From Gammaproteobacteria bacterium (lineage in GTDB: Bacteria; Pseudomonadota; Gammaproteobacteria; Eutrophobiales; Eutrophobiaceae), in the NCBI GenBank assembly GCA_965243205.1, contig CBDEUK010000002.1, forward strand, positions 1,664,001 through 1,728,000: a stretch of DNA of 64,000 bases. The letters run 5' to 3'. The notes beneath the pieces were generated by a model. It did not search any database. It had not been told where the DNA came from and saw nothing but the letters and a program-made list of their open reading frames with translations. Shown here piece by piece: positions 41,701 to 51,111 of the stretch; positions within the stretch are counted from its first letter, which is position 1, and each line of letters opens with the position of its first letter. Made by a program: the position numbers and the translations under genes.

Positions 41701-44700
41701 TTTATCTTGCTGTTTCGAAGCTGAATAAAGAACGGTTGGCTGAACAATTTGACCTTGATCGTTCACGCTATCAGAATAGACCCATTCTTGACCTTCATCA
41801 CCAATTCTTGTTTGACCTAGAAAAACAGTTAAACCATCTGTTGAAACGGAAACTTCACTATCTTTTGATAGATTAATTGAGTTTTCTGTCTGAAAAATTA
41901 ATTTTCCGCCTGGTGCTCTAACAACACCAGGATTTACTGAACCAGTATTTGGATCAACTAAACCAATGTTTAGATCACCTGTTTTAAAGGTTAGTTCTCC
42001 GCCTGCAGTTAAGGCTACAGATGAAGCATCTCCTCCAGAAATATTGATTTGTCCATTTGTTCCTGTATCAATCAAAAACTCTGTCTGTGTTGAAGGATAT
42101 AATTGATCAGCAACAATATTCAAAGCTCCGCGCATCGCTAATTGGCCAACAACATCATCCCCTACACCTCGCACTCGTACTTCATTACCACTGGTTAAAT
42201 TAACAATTCCTATGCCTCTTAGAGTATTAATACCAACAATATCAATTAAATTTGCATTAACGTTAAGTTCACCAGAACCTGTAACGGGATCTAAATCACC
42301 ATTTTCTCTACCACGAATGGTTGAACCAATTGATACATAATTAGCATTAAGTGATATAGCACCACCATTAAGAGAAATACCACTTTCATCGAAAGAGTCA
42401 ATCTGAGCTACATCCAAAACAATATCTCTTTTTTGATTTAAAGATATGTCTCCATTAAAAGCTATTACACCTACACCATCAGTTAAGCCTTGACTGATTG
42501 CAGATAACTTAAGTTGTTCAGAACCGTTTGAATTTAACTTCTGCTCAGAAAGAACAATTCTTCCGTTAAGAGTTGGATCAATTATTTCTCCAACTGAATA
42601 TTCAATACCTTCTGAAGTATTATCTCCTGACGCTTTAAGTTGTCTTTGTGATAGTTTAGAAATTTCAATACGTCTTTCAGAATTAAATCCGTCGAATGAA
42701 GCTCGTACACCTCCAGTTTCAGTATTAACTGGTCTTAAATTACTATTGATTTCATAACTTATGCTTCCACCATAAGCTTTGTCATTTGCTGCAGCTAAGT
42801 TTTGTTTTCCATCATCGATAATTCCTTCGCCACTTTTAAATGAGATATTACCGGCTTTACTAGATAAAGTTTTACGCGCTGTTGTTAACGAACTCACACC
42901 GCCAGTAACATCAAATACTCCATTCTTTCCTGATACATCAATTACTGATCCATTTGAAATTTTATTCCCATCACTATCATATTTTTCGCCTAAGGTAATA
43001 ATATATCCGCTGGAACTGACACTGACATTACCTGCATCAATCACTTTCCCTCTACTTAATAATCGATTATCACTAGGTACTGAAATAGACGTTCCGCTTA
43101 CATCTATTATTGAATTATCACCAAAAACAATAGCACTTGACTGATCAAAGAGCTGTTTGGCGTCTCTTTGTAAGTTAATTGTGACATCGGTTCCTGGAGC
43201 AAAAATCCTTCCACCAAAATCAATTAGGCCTCCAGTATCATTGTTAAAATTTATAGCTCCGTTAAAGTCACCATAAATTAAAGCTCCATCCTCAAACACA
43301 AGATCACTTTGTGATGCCGCACTTGTAACATCAGGATCTTTAGAGATAGAAAAATTTATTTTCTGGCCCTCACGCAAATACAATGGATCAAAACCTACAA
43401 CACTATTAGATGGAATTACCCCACCTAACGTAGCGAGACTATTGATATAACCTGAAGTTAACCCAGAGTTTCTATATTTCAAAAGTTTTGGATATGAAAA
43501 AATACTGTTCAAGACTTTAGAAATACTTCCAGAACTTACGGCAGAAGAGTTAGCTGGTAGAAATAAAGAAGGTGTTCTTGATTCAATCAGAGCTGAACTA
43601 TCAATTACAAAATCACCTTTGTTTGAAATTATGTCAAATTCACTAAACCCTGTATCTGAGAAAAGGAAATCTGCTATTACAGTCGAATCTCCGTTTTCAA
43701 CTGATTGACCTTTTAACCATTCTTGAACTGATAAATCTTTAACTTCAATACCGTTGGTTTTTATAGAAAGTTTTCCGCCACCATTAAAGCCATAACCTAA
43801 TAGATGTAAATTTTTATCGATATGAAGTTTGCTGTTTTCATTATTCAATGAAATTTCTACATCACCACCTTTCCCATACTCATGAGTTCCATCAGACTTA
43901 CGTCTTGCACCTCCAAGTGCTAATAATTTTACATTACCGCCTAGTACATCATGTATTCCATCTTGATCTAAATCAAAATCGGCAATCCCGTCTTGATTTA
44001 AATCATTGTCGGGAACTCCATCGTTGTTATTATCTATTGTTAAATCTAAGAAAGAGGCCGTATTATTTTCATCAATTATTCCGCCGATATTTATTTCAGA
44101 GTTTATATTTTCACTCTGGCTACTATCGGCAGACTTGATAAGTATTTTACCTGCATCAAGAACAACAACATTTTTAGGATCTCCTGTTCCGGTAATAACA
44201 GTATTATCATTTGTCCAATTACCACTAACATCAAGCGTGATATTTTCTTTTATAAATGTACCAATATTTTTATTTGAAACATCAACAACATTATCAACAA
44301 ACCGTGAACTAAACTCTAAAATACCACCCAAAGACTGAACATTACGATTGACATTAACTGATTCGCCTTTAAGTCTAAATTCACCACCTGGATTAATGAC
44401 TAAATCGTTACCTTCGGCTAATGTCACATTGCCGTTGCTGTTTATGTTAACCCGATTAAATTTTCCTTCAGTAATAAAATCTGTAGAAAGATAAAGCGTA
44501 TCTTTTACATTACCCAATGACTCTTCACTGGATAATGCATCATTAATACCCGGTCTAAATTCGCCAAATGTTTCGGAAAAATTATTTTCTTGAATAACAA
44601 CATTAGGAGCTTGATAATCAAATCCTGCATTATTAAAACTATTAATATTACCAACGATAAGTTGACCTCCCATCGGCCTTGAGGATAACTCTCTTTGATA

Positions 44701-47529
44701 ACGACTAAGTACAGATTGATTGTCAGCGTTTCTATCAATAGCTGTATCGCCTTTTAATTTACCATCAGCAACGATACCTTTTGCTAGAAGTTGTACAGTC
44801 CCTGCTTTTTTAGCCTCTATATATGAAAATTCTTCATCCTTATCTTTACTTAATATTTTTGAGTAAATTTGATTTGGATCGGCATCATGGATATCTACAG
44901 AATTACCGCCATTATCAAGAAGTATAGTCGTCTCGATTACTCCTTCTTGAAATTCAACTTGTCCTCCAGAAACGTTTATTTCAGAACCTTCTAATAGTCT
45001 GATATCACCCTTAGAATTAATCGTAACTGTACCACCTTCAGAACTTCTTTCTGCCACATTTCTCCCTACAGTACCTAATGCACCTGATATATCACCCATT
45101 TCAAAATCATCGATTCGTCTTAAATCAAGTGATACTTTTTCGCTCCTTAACACACCATCTTTTTGTAATGGTAAATCTTTTAATTCATTTCCGCGTAATT
45201 CTACAACTAAATTATTTCTTTCCATTTCTACCTGTGTGGAATTACCTGAGACATCTATGACACTTCCCTCTTCCATTTGAAATACGACATCATCGTTTCT
45301 ATCAAGAGTAAATCCGTTGTTGGTATTATCTGCTTCTGGATTATCAGTAAGGGTAATATTAACTTCACCTCCATTAGCAACTATACGACTCTTTTCTTTA
45401 AGGTGAACTTTTTGTCCCATTACTTCCACTGTTGACTTAAAGTTTAGTTGGGTTTCAATTTCTTCAGTTGTTCCATCATCATATTGAACATCTAAAGATC
45501 TTTCTTTTTTCTTTTCAAGTGTAGCTAAATGTCTATCGATACCCTCTGCACTAAATTTAGCTTCTCCGTTTTCATCGATTTTTACAAAATATTGATCATC
45601 AATTTGTTTTTCTTTCGTTTCTCTTTCTTCTTGTGTCAGATCAGCAGCTAATTGTGATTTTAATTTAGAGACTTCTTTAGCAACTTCAGTTTCTCTCTTC
45701 TCTATTAATTCTGAAATGTTTTTATCAGATTCTAAGTCTGCAATGATATGGGTAATACTATCTTCGTCAAAAGTAACATTCCCTGTTTGAGTCGTATCAA
45801 TCGAAATAACACCTCCCGTATTGGTAATATTTGTATTACCTCTTGCTAAAAGACGAATACTTCCATTGGCATTATTTGATGTGGTTGCAGTGATACGACC
45901 GTTTTGGTTGATACTGTGACCAACTACCGTTGTATTTCCTCGTTTGGTCTCAATTACTCCATTGTTATTGATAGTATTGTAGTCACTTGGATTTAAGTTG
46001 TTTTCTCTGTAATCTTTTAAATCGACCTCAACCAATAAACCTCTCAAACTAGCATCTGCACTCGCTTGTAAATAAGCCTTATCGCCAGCGATTAATATAA
46101 CCTGCCCATCTTCGGCACTTATTATTCCATTATTAGTTACATTAGGTGCAGCAAAAATTATTCTTCCGCCATTACCACCATTTACTGCAACGGTATAATC
46201 CTCTTTCGCAGAAAGTCCTGAGACTAAATCACCATTAGAATCGATAATTTGATTGTTATTAATATCTCTAATTGAGGTAGGGTCAGATATTACTTCGCCG
46301 TTAACATCTACAAACTGTATTTGTTCATCAACAATTTGTATTTGAATTACTTCACCGTTTTCATTAAGAAGAGGGTTGTTATTTTGATCGAGAATAACAC
46401 TTCTATTAATTTTTTTAGCTTCTACTTTTTTTACTTCAATAGATGAAATTAAAGAACCATCCTTGTTAGCAATTGGATTACCATACTCATCCCTAATAAT
46501 GTTTGATCCATCATCCTTTATGGGCTCGCCATCAATAGTAACGATCAATTTACCATTGATATCTGTCACAGACTCAATGGGTTTTAAATTTTGATCTAAT
46601 TTAATATCACCATTTACATCTACTAGGTATTTATCACTACCATTGGTATCAATCACACTACCTTCATTAAGTATTTGTCTTAATACCTTTTCACTTTTGT
46701 ATTTTTTTGTATTTAATATAGTTCCATCTGTTGATGATACTGGATTTCCATTTAAATCTTTAACTTCAACTCCACTATTAAAATTAATCGTACCATCTTC
46801 ATTTTGAAATAATCGACCCGTTTTATTTCCTACCATGGGAATTAAATTCCCATTTTCATCTAATACTGGAATATTATTTTCATCAACGAGATATGTTGTT
46901 ATCTCACTACCACCATCAGGTGTAATACCAATATATTTAGTACCTATTTGATCGACAAGTGCTGCTTGTTCTAAATCGATAGCAGTTAGTATCCCATTTC
47001 TAAATACATCATCTGAGATATTAAGTGCTGATGCAGTCAAACCGCCTACATTAATTTGAGCGCCTTTATTAAATACAATGCCATTTTGATTCATCAGCAT
47101 AATATTGCCGTTAGAATTTAAAGCGCCATTAATCTGGCTTGGAGATAATTGATGTATTCTATATAAAGATCGCGATGATGATGATGGCATGTTTGCATTT
47201 ACAGTAGCACTACTACCGATATTAAAACTTTGCCAATTTAATATTGAAACGTCTGTTTTATGATTAATATCTAAAGTTTTGGAAATCACATTGCCAGCTG
47301 AATTAACTACTTGGCTCGATACAAGCTCTGCAACATTAGTATTAATAGTACCTTGAATATTATCTACAGTAGCTCCTTGAGCAACTGGTATTGTAGTGTT
47401 TTCAGCTAGGGCAGCGGGGACAGAACATAATGAGGAAAGGAAAATTACTGAGATTTTTTTATGATATTTATTTATTCCTATTTTTTTATTATTTTTATTA
47501 CTGCTTCTTAATAAACTAAATAAATACAT
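35728..47529 (-). CDS. Giant filamentous-hemagglutinin-family TpsA exoprotein (3933 aa) with DUF3739-like C-terminus
   Basis: TPS domain (LNWQSFNIG, SQING.L, NQNG), beta-helix repeats, PARYALLPGAF, C-terminal WSS.GNIDAGKG...APNGVIDAGDAGI. Confidence 0.9.
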   Translation of the reverse strand: MYLFSLLRSSNKNNKKIGINKYHKKISVIFLSSLCSVPAALAENTTIPVAQGATVDNIQGTINTNVAELVSSQVVNSAGNVISKTLDINHKTDVSILNWQSFNIGSSATVNANMPSSSSRSLYRIHQLSPSQINGALNSNGNIMLMNQNGIVFNKGAQINVGGLTASALNISDDVFRNGILTAIDLEQAALVDQIGTKYIGITPDGGSEITTYLVDENNIPVLDENGNLIPMVGNKTGRLFQNEDGTINFNSGVEVKDLNGNPVSSTDGTILNTKKYKSEKVLRQILNEGSVIDTNGSDKYLVDVNGDIKLDQNLKPIESVTDINGKLIVTIDGEPIKDDGSNIIRDEYGNPIANKDGSLISSIEVKKVEAKKINRSVILDQNNNPLLNENGEVIQIQIVDEQIQFVDVNGEVISDPTSIRDINNNQIIDSNGDLVSGLSAKEDYTVAVNGGNGGRIIFAAPNVTNNGIISAEDGQVILIAGDKAYLQASADASLRGLLVEVDLKDYRENNLNPSDYNTINNNGVIETKRGNTTVVGHSINQNGRITATTSNNANGSIRLLARGNTNITNTGGVISIDTTQTGNVTFDEDSITHIIADLESDKNISELIEKRETEVAKEVSKLKSQLAADLTQEERETKEKQIDDQYFVKIDENGEAKFSAEGIDRHLATLEKKKERSLDVQYDDGTTEEIETQLNFKSTVEVMGQKVHLKEKSRIVANGGEVNITLTDNPEADNTNNGFTLDRNDDVVFQMEEGSVIDVSGNSTQVEMERNNLVVELRGNELKDLPLQKDGVLRSEKVSLDLRRIDDFEMGDISGALGTVGRNVAERSSEGGTVTINSKGDIRLLEGSEINVSGGQVEFQEGVIETTILLDNGGNSVDIHDADPNQIYSKILSKDKDEEFSYIEAKKAGTVQLLAKGIVADGKLKGDTAIDRNADNQSVLSRYQRELSSRPMGGQLIVGNINSFNNAGFDYQAPNVVIQENNFSETFGEFRPGINDALSSEESLGNVKDTLYLSTDFITEGKFNRVNINSNGNVTLAEGNDLVINPGGEFRLKGESVNVNRNVQSLGGILEFSSRFVDNVVDVSNKNIGTFIKENITLDVSGNWTNDNTVITGTGDPKNVVVLDAGKILIKSADSSQSENINSEINIGGIIDENNTASFLDLTIDNNNDGVPDNDLNQDGIADFDLDQDGIHDVLGGNVKLLALGGARRKSDGTHEYGKGGDVEISLNNENSKLHIDKNLHLLGYGFNGGGKLSIKTNGIEVKDLSVQEWLKGQSVENGDSTVIADFLFSDTGFSEFDIISNKGDFVIDSSALIESRTPSLFLPANSSAVSSGSISKVLNSIFSYPKLLKYRNSGLTSGYINSLATLGGVIPSNSVVGFDPLYLREGQKINFSISKDPDVTSAASQSDLVFEDGALIYGDFNGAINFNNDTGGLIDFGGRIFAPGTDVTINLQRDAKQLFDQSSAIVFGDNSIIDVSGTSISVPSDNRLLSRGKVIDAGNVSVSSSGYIITLGEKYDSDGNKISNGSVIDVSGKNGVFDVTGGVSSLTTARKTLSSKAGNISFKSGEGIIDDGKQNLAAANDKAYGGSISYEINSNLRPVNTETGGVRASFDGFNSERRIEISKLSQRQLKASGDNTSEGIEYSVGEIIDPTLNGRIVLSEQKLNSNGSEQLKLSAISQGLTDGVGVIAFNGDISLNQKRDIVLDVAQIDSFDESGISLNGGAISLNANYVSIGSTIRGRENGDLDPVTGSGELNVNANLIDIVGINTLRGIGIVNLTSGNEVRVRGVGDDVVGQLAMRGALNIVADQLYPSTQTEFLIDTGTNGQINISGGDASSVALTAGGELTFKTGDLNIGLVDPNTGSVNPGVVRAPGGKLIFQTENSINLSKDSEVSVSTDGLTVFLGQTRIGDEGQEWVYSDSVNDQGQIVQPTVLYSASKQQDKPEKRIVFESDEVNIAEDGTVDLTGGGEVITYEFIPGPGGSKDFLLADNSENRFAVLPLIGDSSPYDSLEFSRWDLAAGESVYLGASSGLPEGEYLKLPARYALLPGAFLIEKVDGFENLPINQSVGFNSGTLVAGYETIKGTNIQESTTSGYVVFPGSYANTLSEFDINNSDEVVTEIAAINDLNQPRLNQDAGTLDIIAGSGIQLDGNILASAENGRRALVNIVADAINIENTKQGVADAVELLVSSLNGLGAESILIGGTRDITSEGTELTVSSNNVTIGENVELNGNEIIIAAKNNLIVSTGSEISSSGTSSNAKETLIIKDGSGDSAIVRVSADPQVDLQRNNINPNSTTVLDLQAGSTIAADNSITIDSTGNFNLEADLDITEGGSIQLGGPGINIGEVSPSATGLVLDNNKLADLVNTDLTLRTDGNITFFGTTTMTQNNLEFIGNGLIADQSNTANVTLKADRLTFSNSIGSTRLGDPLTSTGTLNIDTNQLNIGEGEFSLVGFKEVTGTVNGDIVGQGRNAVLDVRGDFDIDAARITALSGSNSKIVASGKLDIGNATAQAVANSIADIGGSFGLQGSSVTLDTFLNLPVGRTELVATNGDVILKDNAGIDVSGTSIDVLGIKEINLPGGQIRIVSNSGNIFAAQSNTNAVGLNLESGGVGASAGRLELVAQNGDVTINSNLKADQRGENADELGGYIKVDSKTIGQGIFQKEEMDVDGNIIKEESILIDSSVTNGFNQLNDNLNTAGFTGSRDIRLLEGDINVAANEKIISNQIKLTAEGIDGNGNIIIDGELLTTDKTNGGQIDLIARNDVTLNSQASLDTTTKNSAADGKISLQSTEGNLNLLAGSTVNSGSDGEVLLRVQRTNDNTDVNITEINSTITSKETIVEAVKVYDSQSIINNSFMTTAISEANDFIAAATDINNAAIESFIERVDGAVFNLRAGIEARNQGDITVTEDIDFSTFRFNDQPGIFTARATGNINIDGNLSDGVTTQSTIIPGPFGTTTTIDVFSLTENSWDLNLVAGAELQNNNFVADIFAIEEPSINSISGLANTGNIILSNDSIIRTGTGDINLYASGDIKLTAQNAIYSLGKSIGKELDNRAVNEPSLEVEKWVPVEGGDVNLVAGNNIIGTTSATDKTQLFSEWLVRQEKLDELRNPFTGTVSNVDEDAGTWIDFANFKQGVAALGGGNVTVKAGQDIERLSVSAPTLLTRDYDTDAITRLNKGNIDVHAGGDIKGGIFFVGDGVADITAVGDITAREGTTLDTMLALMGGSLNLQAGGNIDIQHIYNPTAVSFDGQPLFFTYTNDTSVKLTSLTGDVRLDGSFTDLNNFNTSLSRGTSNSDLIRYLPGELNITAAKGDINIDNGINLISDNDGGIELFAGNNIFTSGVIDVLEIPLLNIPYLETFAKSTETTKLLRLDDLLEQRSDPPLHINDFMPSYIVAETGNIEAKSGAGGIVRVRESIRIDAGNDIISLQLQGNNMRDSDITRVRAGRDIKLNDSRNIIGVGGSGRVEVIAGRNIDLGSSKGIETQGNLSNTFLSENGADLFVLAGVGEGPRYFDFYNEYFFKNSTSTDAENGVYSDDLISFLNNRFTKKDADGKDLLDRDGNKITDDIAVANFQALSREEQWDIIGEEFIPNIFSAYYSEFSAAGFESNTTGSFARGFKAIDVLFPESKFERAEVYDPAKLSFTNDAEKQAYFDNLVAQSDYQGDLTMYSSKAYTLDGGSINIVVPGGEVNAGLPVTLDGDEDRLLGVVAQSTGSILTYSREDFLVNQSRVSTLLGGDILMWSSIGNIDAGKGSKSAISAPEPLVSINDQGEVIVDISNTVSGSGIRAVVIDPEVTAGSVTLLAPNGVIDAGDAGIEASGDISIFGTLINPGNIDGGSVNVNGASLGGGATSTSGLSGTSNVANDATNSAAESATDDSEQNEEEVVEQAPQLSFISVEILGFGYDDIEEEEDEDEEEENAEVSYIKPENTEDLG

Positions 47530-47571
47530 CGAAACATCTCCACAACAGCATTTGCTGTTGCTATTTAAAGT

Positions 47572-49323
47572 TTAAAATTCATATCCAAATTTAAAATGTA
47601 ATCTTGAATCACCCGATTCAATATTACTGTTATCACTTAACGCCATAGCCCATAAAAATTCGGCATTTAATCCATCAAATGCTCTTATATCCATTCCTGC
47701 CCCTACGCTCGCTAGAGTAAACCTATCTCTCTGTTCAGGATTGGGTTGTTGAATTTTTAATCTGGCACCTTCAACAAATGTTTTAAATCGTAAATCGTTA
47801 ACAAACTCACCTAAGTATTTAGCTACTGATGGACTTTGAAGTTCTAATGAACCGATATAACCATCATCACCTAATTGTTGTGATTCTAAATAACCTCTGA
47901 CTGTATCTAATCCACCTGCCGTAAACTGTTCGTTACTAACTAATGGAGAGTCTGCTATTTGCGCTTCTAACCTTAATTTAAGTAAAGCATCAAAATACAA
48001 ATTCCTTGAGTGCTCTACATTTGCTTTTAAAATTGCAAAATTTGGTTTTGCATTGGTTCGTTTACTTGCAAATTCTTTCTCCGTATTTCCTAAAGCTCTT
48101 GGAGCAAAAATACCATCCACACCAAGAGTTGTTCTTCCATTTTTATGAAACCAATTTGCAGAATAGGAGCTAATAAAAGATAAATAACTTATAGGTGAAT
48201 TGAATGAGTCTGCACCTAAAATAGTTGTCTCTTTAAAGTCCTTATAATCTGCACCAAATGTTAAGTTATGTGTAAAGCTCTCTAAGTTAGGTAATGGAAA
48301 AATTGCGCGCGCCCCAGCAATGTTACCCCTACCGATCTGATTTATATTTCCAGTTGTTGCTACATCACTCGATGAATTAACTGCATAAAGTGCTAATAAA
48401 TTATTACTACCTGCAAAGCGAACTAAATATGTTCCAAATATAACTTCAACTTCGTTTCTATCTTCAGGCGCAACTACATATCCTATTGATGCGCTATGAC
48501 CTAACTGCCACAAATTGTCGTATCGAAGATTCGCATTTAAACGCAGCCTATTTGTATCCGCTGCATAGCGATCATTTAATTCAATACTTCCATGCAATGG
48601 AAATTCGTCCTGAACCTTTAGCTCAACTTCTACTTTTCCCGGTGTTTTCCCTGGACGTAAAACTGGAGTAACTACCCTGCCAGCAACACCTTTGTTCAAA
48701 TCTGCGAGCTGTCTTTGTACCTCAGGTAAATATGGCGTCTCACCTTCTTTAAGCGCTGGAACTTGCTCTCTAATTTTTCCTAACGAGTAATATCTAGAAC
48801 CAGTGATAGCTACTCTTTCAATAACACCTTCAGTAACATTCAATGAAACAATTCCATCATCGACATCCTGTTCAGGAATATCGACAAACACTGTTCCATA
48901 ACCGTTATCACGGTACGTTGTTTCTAAAGCAACACGTGCTGCTTCAACATCATCTATGGTTTTATCCGGCCCTAAATATGGATAAACCGTTCTTTCAATT
49001 AAATTCCTATCAAGCAGATTATTTCCCTCTACTCGATATTCCCATACGTTAAACGTTACTTCTGTTTGTTCTTCAGCAACTTTAGACTCAAAAATATTTT
49101 CTTCTGCTTGAGTTTCAGTCGAATCGGTTGTTCTATTAATGCCATGTTTTTCTTCTTCCTCTATGGCTTCCTGAATATCTTTTTCAGGTAACTTTTCAGC
49201 AGCCTTAGACTCATCAGGCGTAAATTCCGTATAACCAATTTTTGCATACAAAAGTATGCAAAGAGTCATAATTGATAAGAAAAATAGCTTTTTATTTTCA
49301 ATTAGATAGCTATTGCAGTTCAT
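47572..49323 (-). CDS. ShlB/FhaC/HecB-family TpsB transporter
   Basis: POTRA domains (EYRVEGN, Y...GY), GG.DTVRGY loop-6 motif, C-terminal YEF. Confidence 0.92.
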   Translation of the reverse strand: MNCNSYLIENKKLFFLSIMTLCILLYAKIGYTEFTPDESKAAEKLPEKDIQEAIEEEEKHGINRTTDSTETQAEENIFESKVAEEQTEVTFNVWEYRVEGNNLLDRNLIERTVYPYLGPDKTIDDVEAARVALETTYRDNGYGTVFVDIPEQDVDDGIVSLNVTEGVIERVAITGSRYYSLGKIREQVPALKEGETPYLPEVQRQLADLNKGVAGRVVTPVLRPGKTPGKVEVELKVQDEFPLHGSIELNDRYAADTNRLRLNANLRYDNLWQLGHSASIGYVVAPEDRNEVEVIFGTYLVRFAGSNNLLALYAVNSSSDVATTGNINQIGRGNIAGARAIFPLPNLESFTHNLTFGADYKDFKETTILGADSFNSPISYLSFISSYSANWFHKNGRTTLGVDGIFAPRALGNTEKEFASKRTNAKPNFAILKANVEHSRNLYFDALLKLRLEAQIADSPLVSNEQFTAGGLDTVRGYLESQQLGDDGYIGSLELQSPSVAKYLGEFVNDLRFKTFVEGARLKIQQPNPEQRDRFTLASVGAGMDIRAFDGLNAEFLWAMALSDNSNIESGDSRLHFKFGYEF

Positions 49324-49413
49324 GTTTTTTCTCAAGAAATTAACTTAACTGCAATTATGGTTCTTTAGATACTTAAAGTAAATCCTCAAACGCATTAATT
49401 TAACCATTCGATT

Positions 49414-49442
49414 GTTACATTCTTAAGACAGAGAAATGACAA
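49414..49442 (-). promoter_or_regulatory. Pho box (3 units) upstream of tpsB
   Basis: TTGTCAT-ttct-CTGTCTT-aaga-ATGTAAC with an 11-bp period. Confidence 0.72.
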
Positions 49443-49456
49443 AATTTGTAATGTTC

Positions 49457-49492
49457 AAAAAAAAAGCCAACCCCTTTTGAGGGCTGGCTTTT
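49457..49492 (-). terminator. Intrinsic terminator after the PstS-fold gene
   Basis: AAAAGCCAACCCC...GGGCTGGCTTTT imperfect hairpin with a long U-run on the minus strand. Confidence 0.75.
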
Positions 49493-49540
49493 AAACTTTC
49501 GGAAGAAACCAATCTTCCTGAGATATACCTTATTATTTCA

Positions 49541-51070
49541 TCAAGGCGTATCTGGTCTCAATGTGATTGGAGCACAGCTATCACCACCGCGTTCACCACG
49601 CATTGTTGGATTTGTTGTTTCCCAATTTGCTATTGAAGGTAGAGCAGCAACACCATCAAGACCTGCAGATGTCATGATCGCTGGATCACCAGAGGCAGTC
49701 GCAACCATATTAAGCGCTGCTAATGCATTGCCTGTTGTAGAAGCTGTTGGCCATTGGATAGTTTGCTCAAACCAGTGTTGGTAATCGCCAGAAATAGCAT
49801 TAGCAACAGTTGGCGCTACACCATCAATTTTAATGTATTTCCAATCATTACCTGACTCACCTTTTTCAATCGCGTTAAAACCAATAGCATCGATTTTGGT
49901 ACCACCGAAAAGCGCGCCAGATGCAGCATTGTTTTGACAATCAATAACATCACCAGAACCGCTGTTGTTAACAACAAATTGTGAACCGCCTACGAAACCC
50001 GGGCCACTAGCTGGTTCTGTAACCATAGTAAGAGCAGAACCCGCTAAGCATGGATTACCCATGAAGAAAGCATTTTGTGCGGCTTGAGTACCAGAACCAA
50101 CAACACGACGACATACGCCCATGAAACCGTTTGAAACACCTCCGCCAGCGCCAACGATAGCTTGATCAAGTTCTTGGAAAGAACCTAAAGAGCCATTAAG
50201 TAACGAGGCAATTTCAGTTCTTGACAAGGAAGGACGAGCAGTATCACCTGTTACTGTAGGCTCACCAACTAAATCATCTTTATCAGTGTAAGTAGCAAGG
50301 CCTTGCAGCTCTTGAAGATTACGATAAGCAACATCAGTAATTGAAACACCAAATATTACTCCATATTCAGAAAGTACAGTTAACGAACTCTCCTCAGCTG
50401 AACTTAAAGGGCCACCTGTGAAACCAGGGAAGTTTTGAGCAGCTGAGAATAATGCAGGCTCAACATCAGAAACACCACCGTCTGATTTTAAACAAACGGT
50501 TGATTCAGCTGTTGTTCCCGAATGTGCAAAAATATCACCACCTGAAGTAGTTACGTATAAGTCCGTACCAGCAGCGTAAGGTGTAAATGGACATTCAAGA
50601 CCACTAGTTCCTGCAGCGAAAGAGGTAAGGCCTGTCGCACGGTTAGTATCCCAAGTACAGGTTTCAGGAGAACCAGTACTTGTACAGTTACCTGAGAAGA
50701 TGTTTAAGTATTCAACAGCCCACTCACGAGCAACTGGAACCACGCCCCAGATAGAACCACCCGCAGAACGGTTGTTAAAAAGTACATTTAAACCGCCTAA
50801 AGCAGCAGGTACTGATGCGTTAGCAGCGTCTAGTGTACAGTAGTAAGAACGCCATTTCTTACCAACTGAACCAGAGGTAGGAGCGTCACGATATTCTGTT
50901 AAAGAACCAGATGTACAAAAAGAAGATAATAAAGAACCTAAGGTTTTTTGTTGTGCTGAAGCACCTGAAATGTTTACAACTAAATCAGGTGTAGTGCTTG
51001 GCGAAAGAGCCAAGGCATGTGCGCTTACAGTTGCCGCAGCAACTAAAGCAGATAATTTAAGTAACTTCAT
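49541..51070 (-). CDS. Secreted, Cys-rich PstS/DING-like (PBP2 fold) protein
   Basis: Signal peptide; motifs ISGASA, GGS..G, SDVEP, RRVVGSGT and YIKIDGVAP occur in PstS-fold order. Confidence 0.65.
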   Translation of the reverse strand: MKLLKLSALVAAATVSAHALALSPSTTPDLVVNISGASAQQKTLGSLLSSFCTSGSLTEYRDAPTSGSVGKKWRSYYCTLDAANASVPAALGGLNVLFNNRSAGGSIWGVVPVAREWAVEYLNIFSGNCTSTGSPETCTWDTNRATGLTSFAAGTSGLECPFTPYAAGTDLYVTTSGGDIFAHSGTTAESTVCLKSDGGVSDVEPALFSAAQNFPGFTGGPLSSAEESSLTVLSEYGVIFGVSITDVAYRNLQELQGLATYTDKDDLVGEPTVTGDTARPSLSRTEIASLLNGSLGSFQELDQAIVGAGGGVSNGFMGVCRRVVGSGTQAAQNAFFMGNPCLAGSALTMVTEPASGPGFVGGSQFVVNNSGSGDVIDCQNNAASGALFGGTKIDAIGFNAIEKGESGNDWKYIKIDGVAPTVANAISGDYQHWFEQTIQWPTASTTGNALAALNMVATASGDPAIMTSAGLDGVAALPSIANWETTNPTMRGERGGDSCAPITLRPDTP

Positions 51071-51111
51071 GGTTAATCACCCTTAAAGAAATTAATAACT
51101 AATAAGTCGCG

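Noticed and set aside
35728-47529. TpsA as a CdiA contact-dependent toxin
   Set aside because: No VENN/pre-toxin motif, no toxin tip and no small immunity gene. The C-terminus is DUF3739-like and is followed by exbB.
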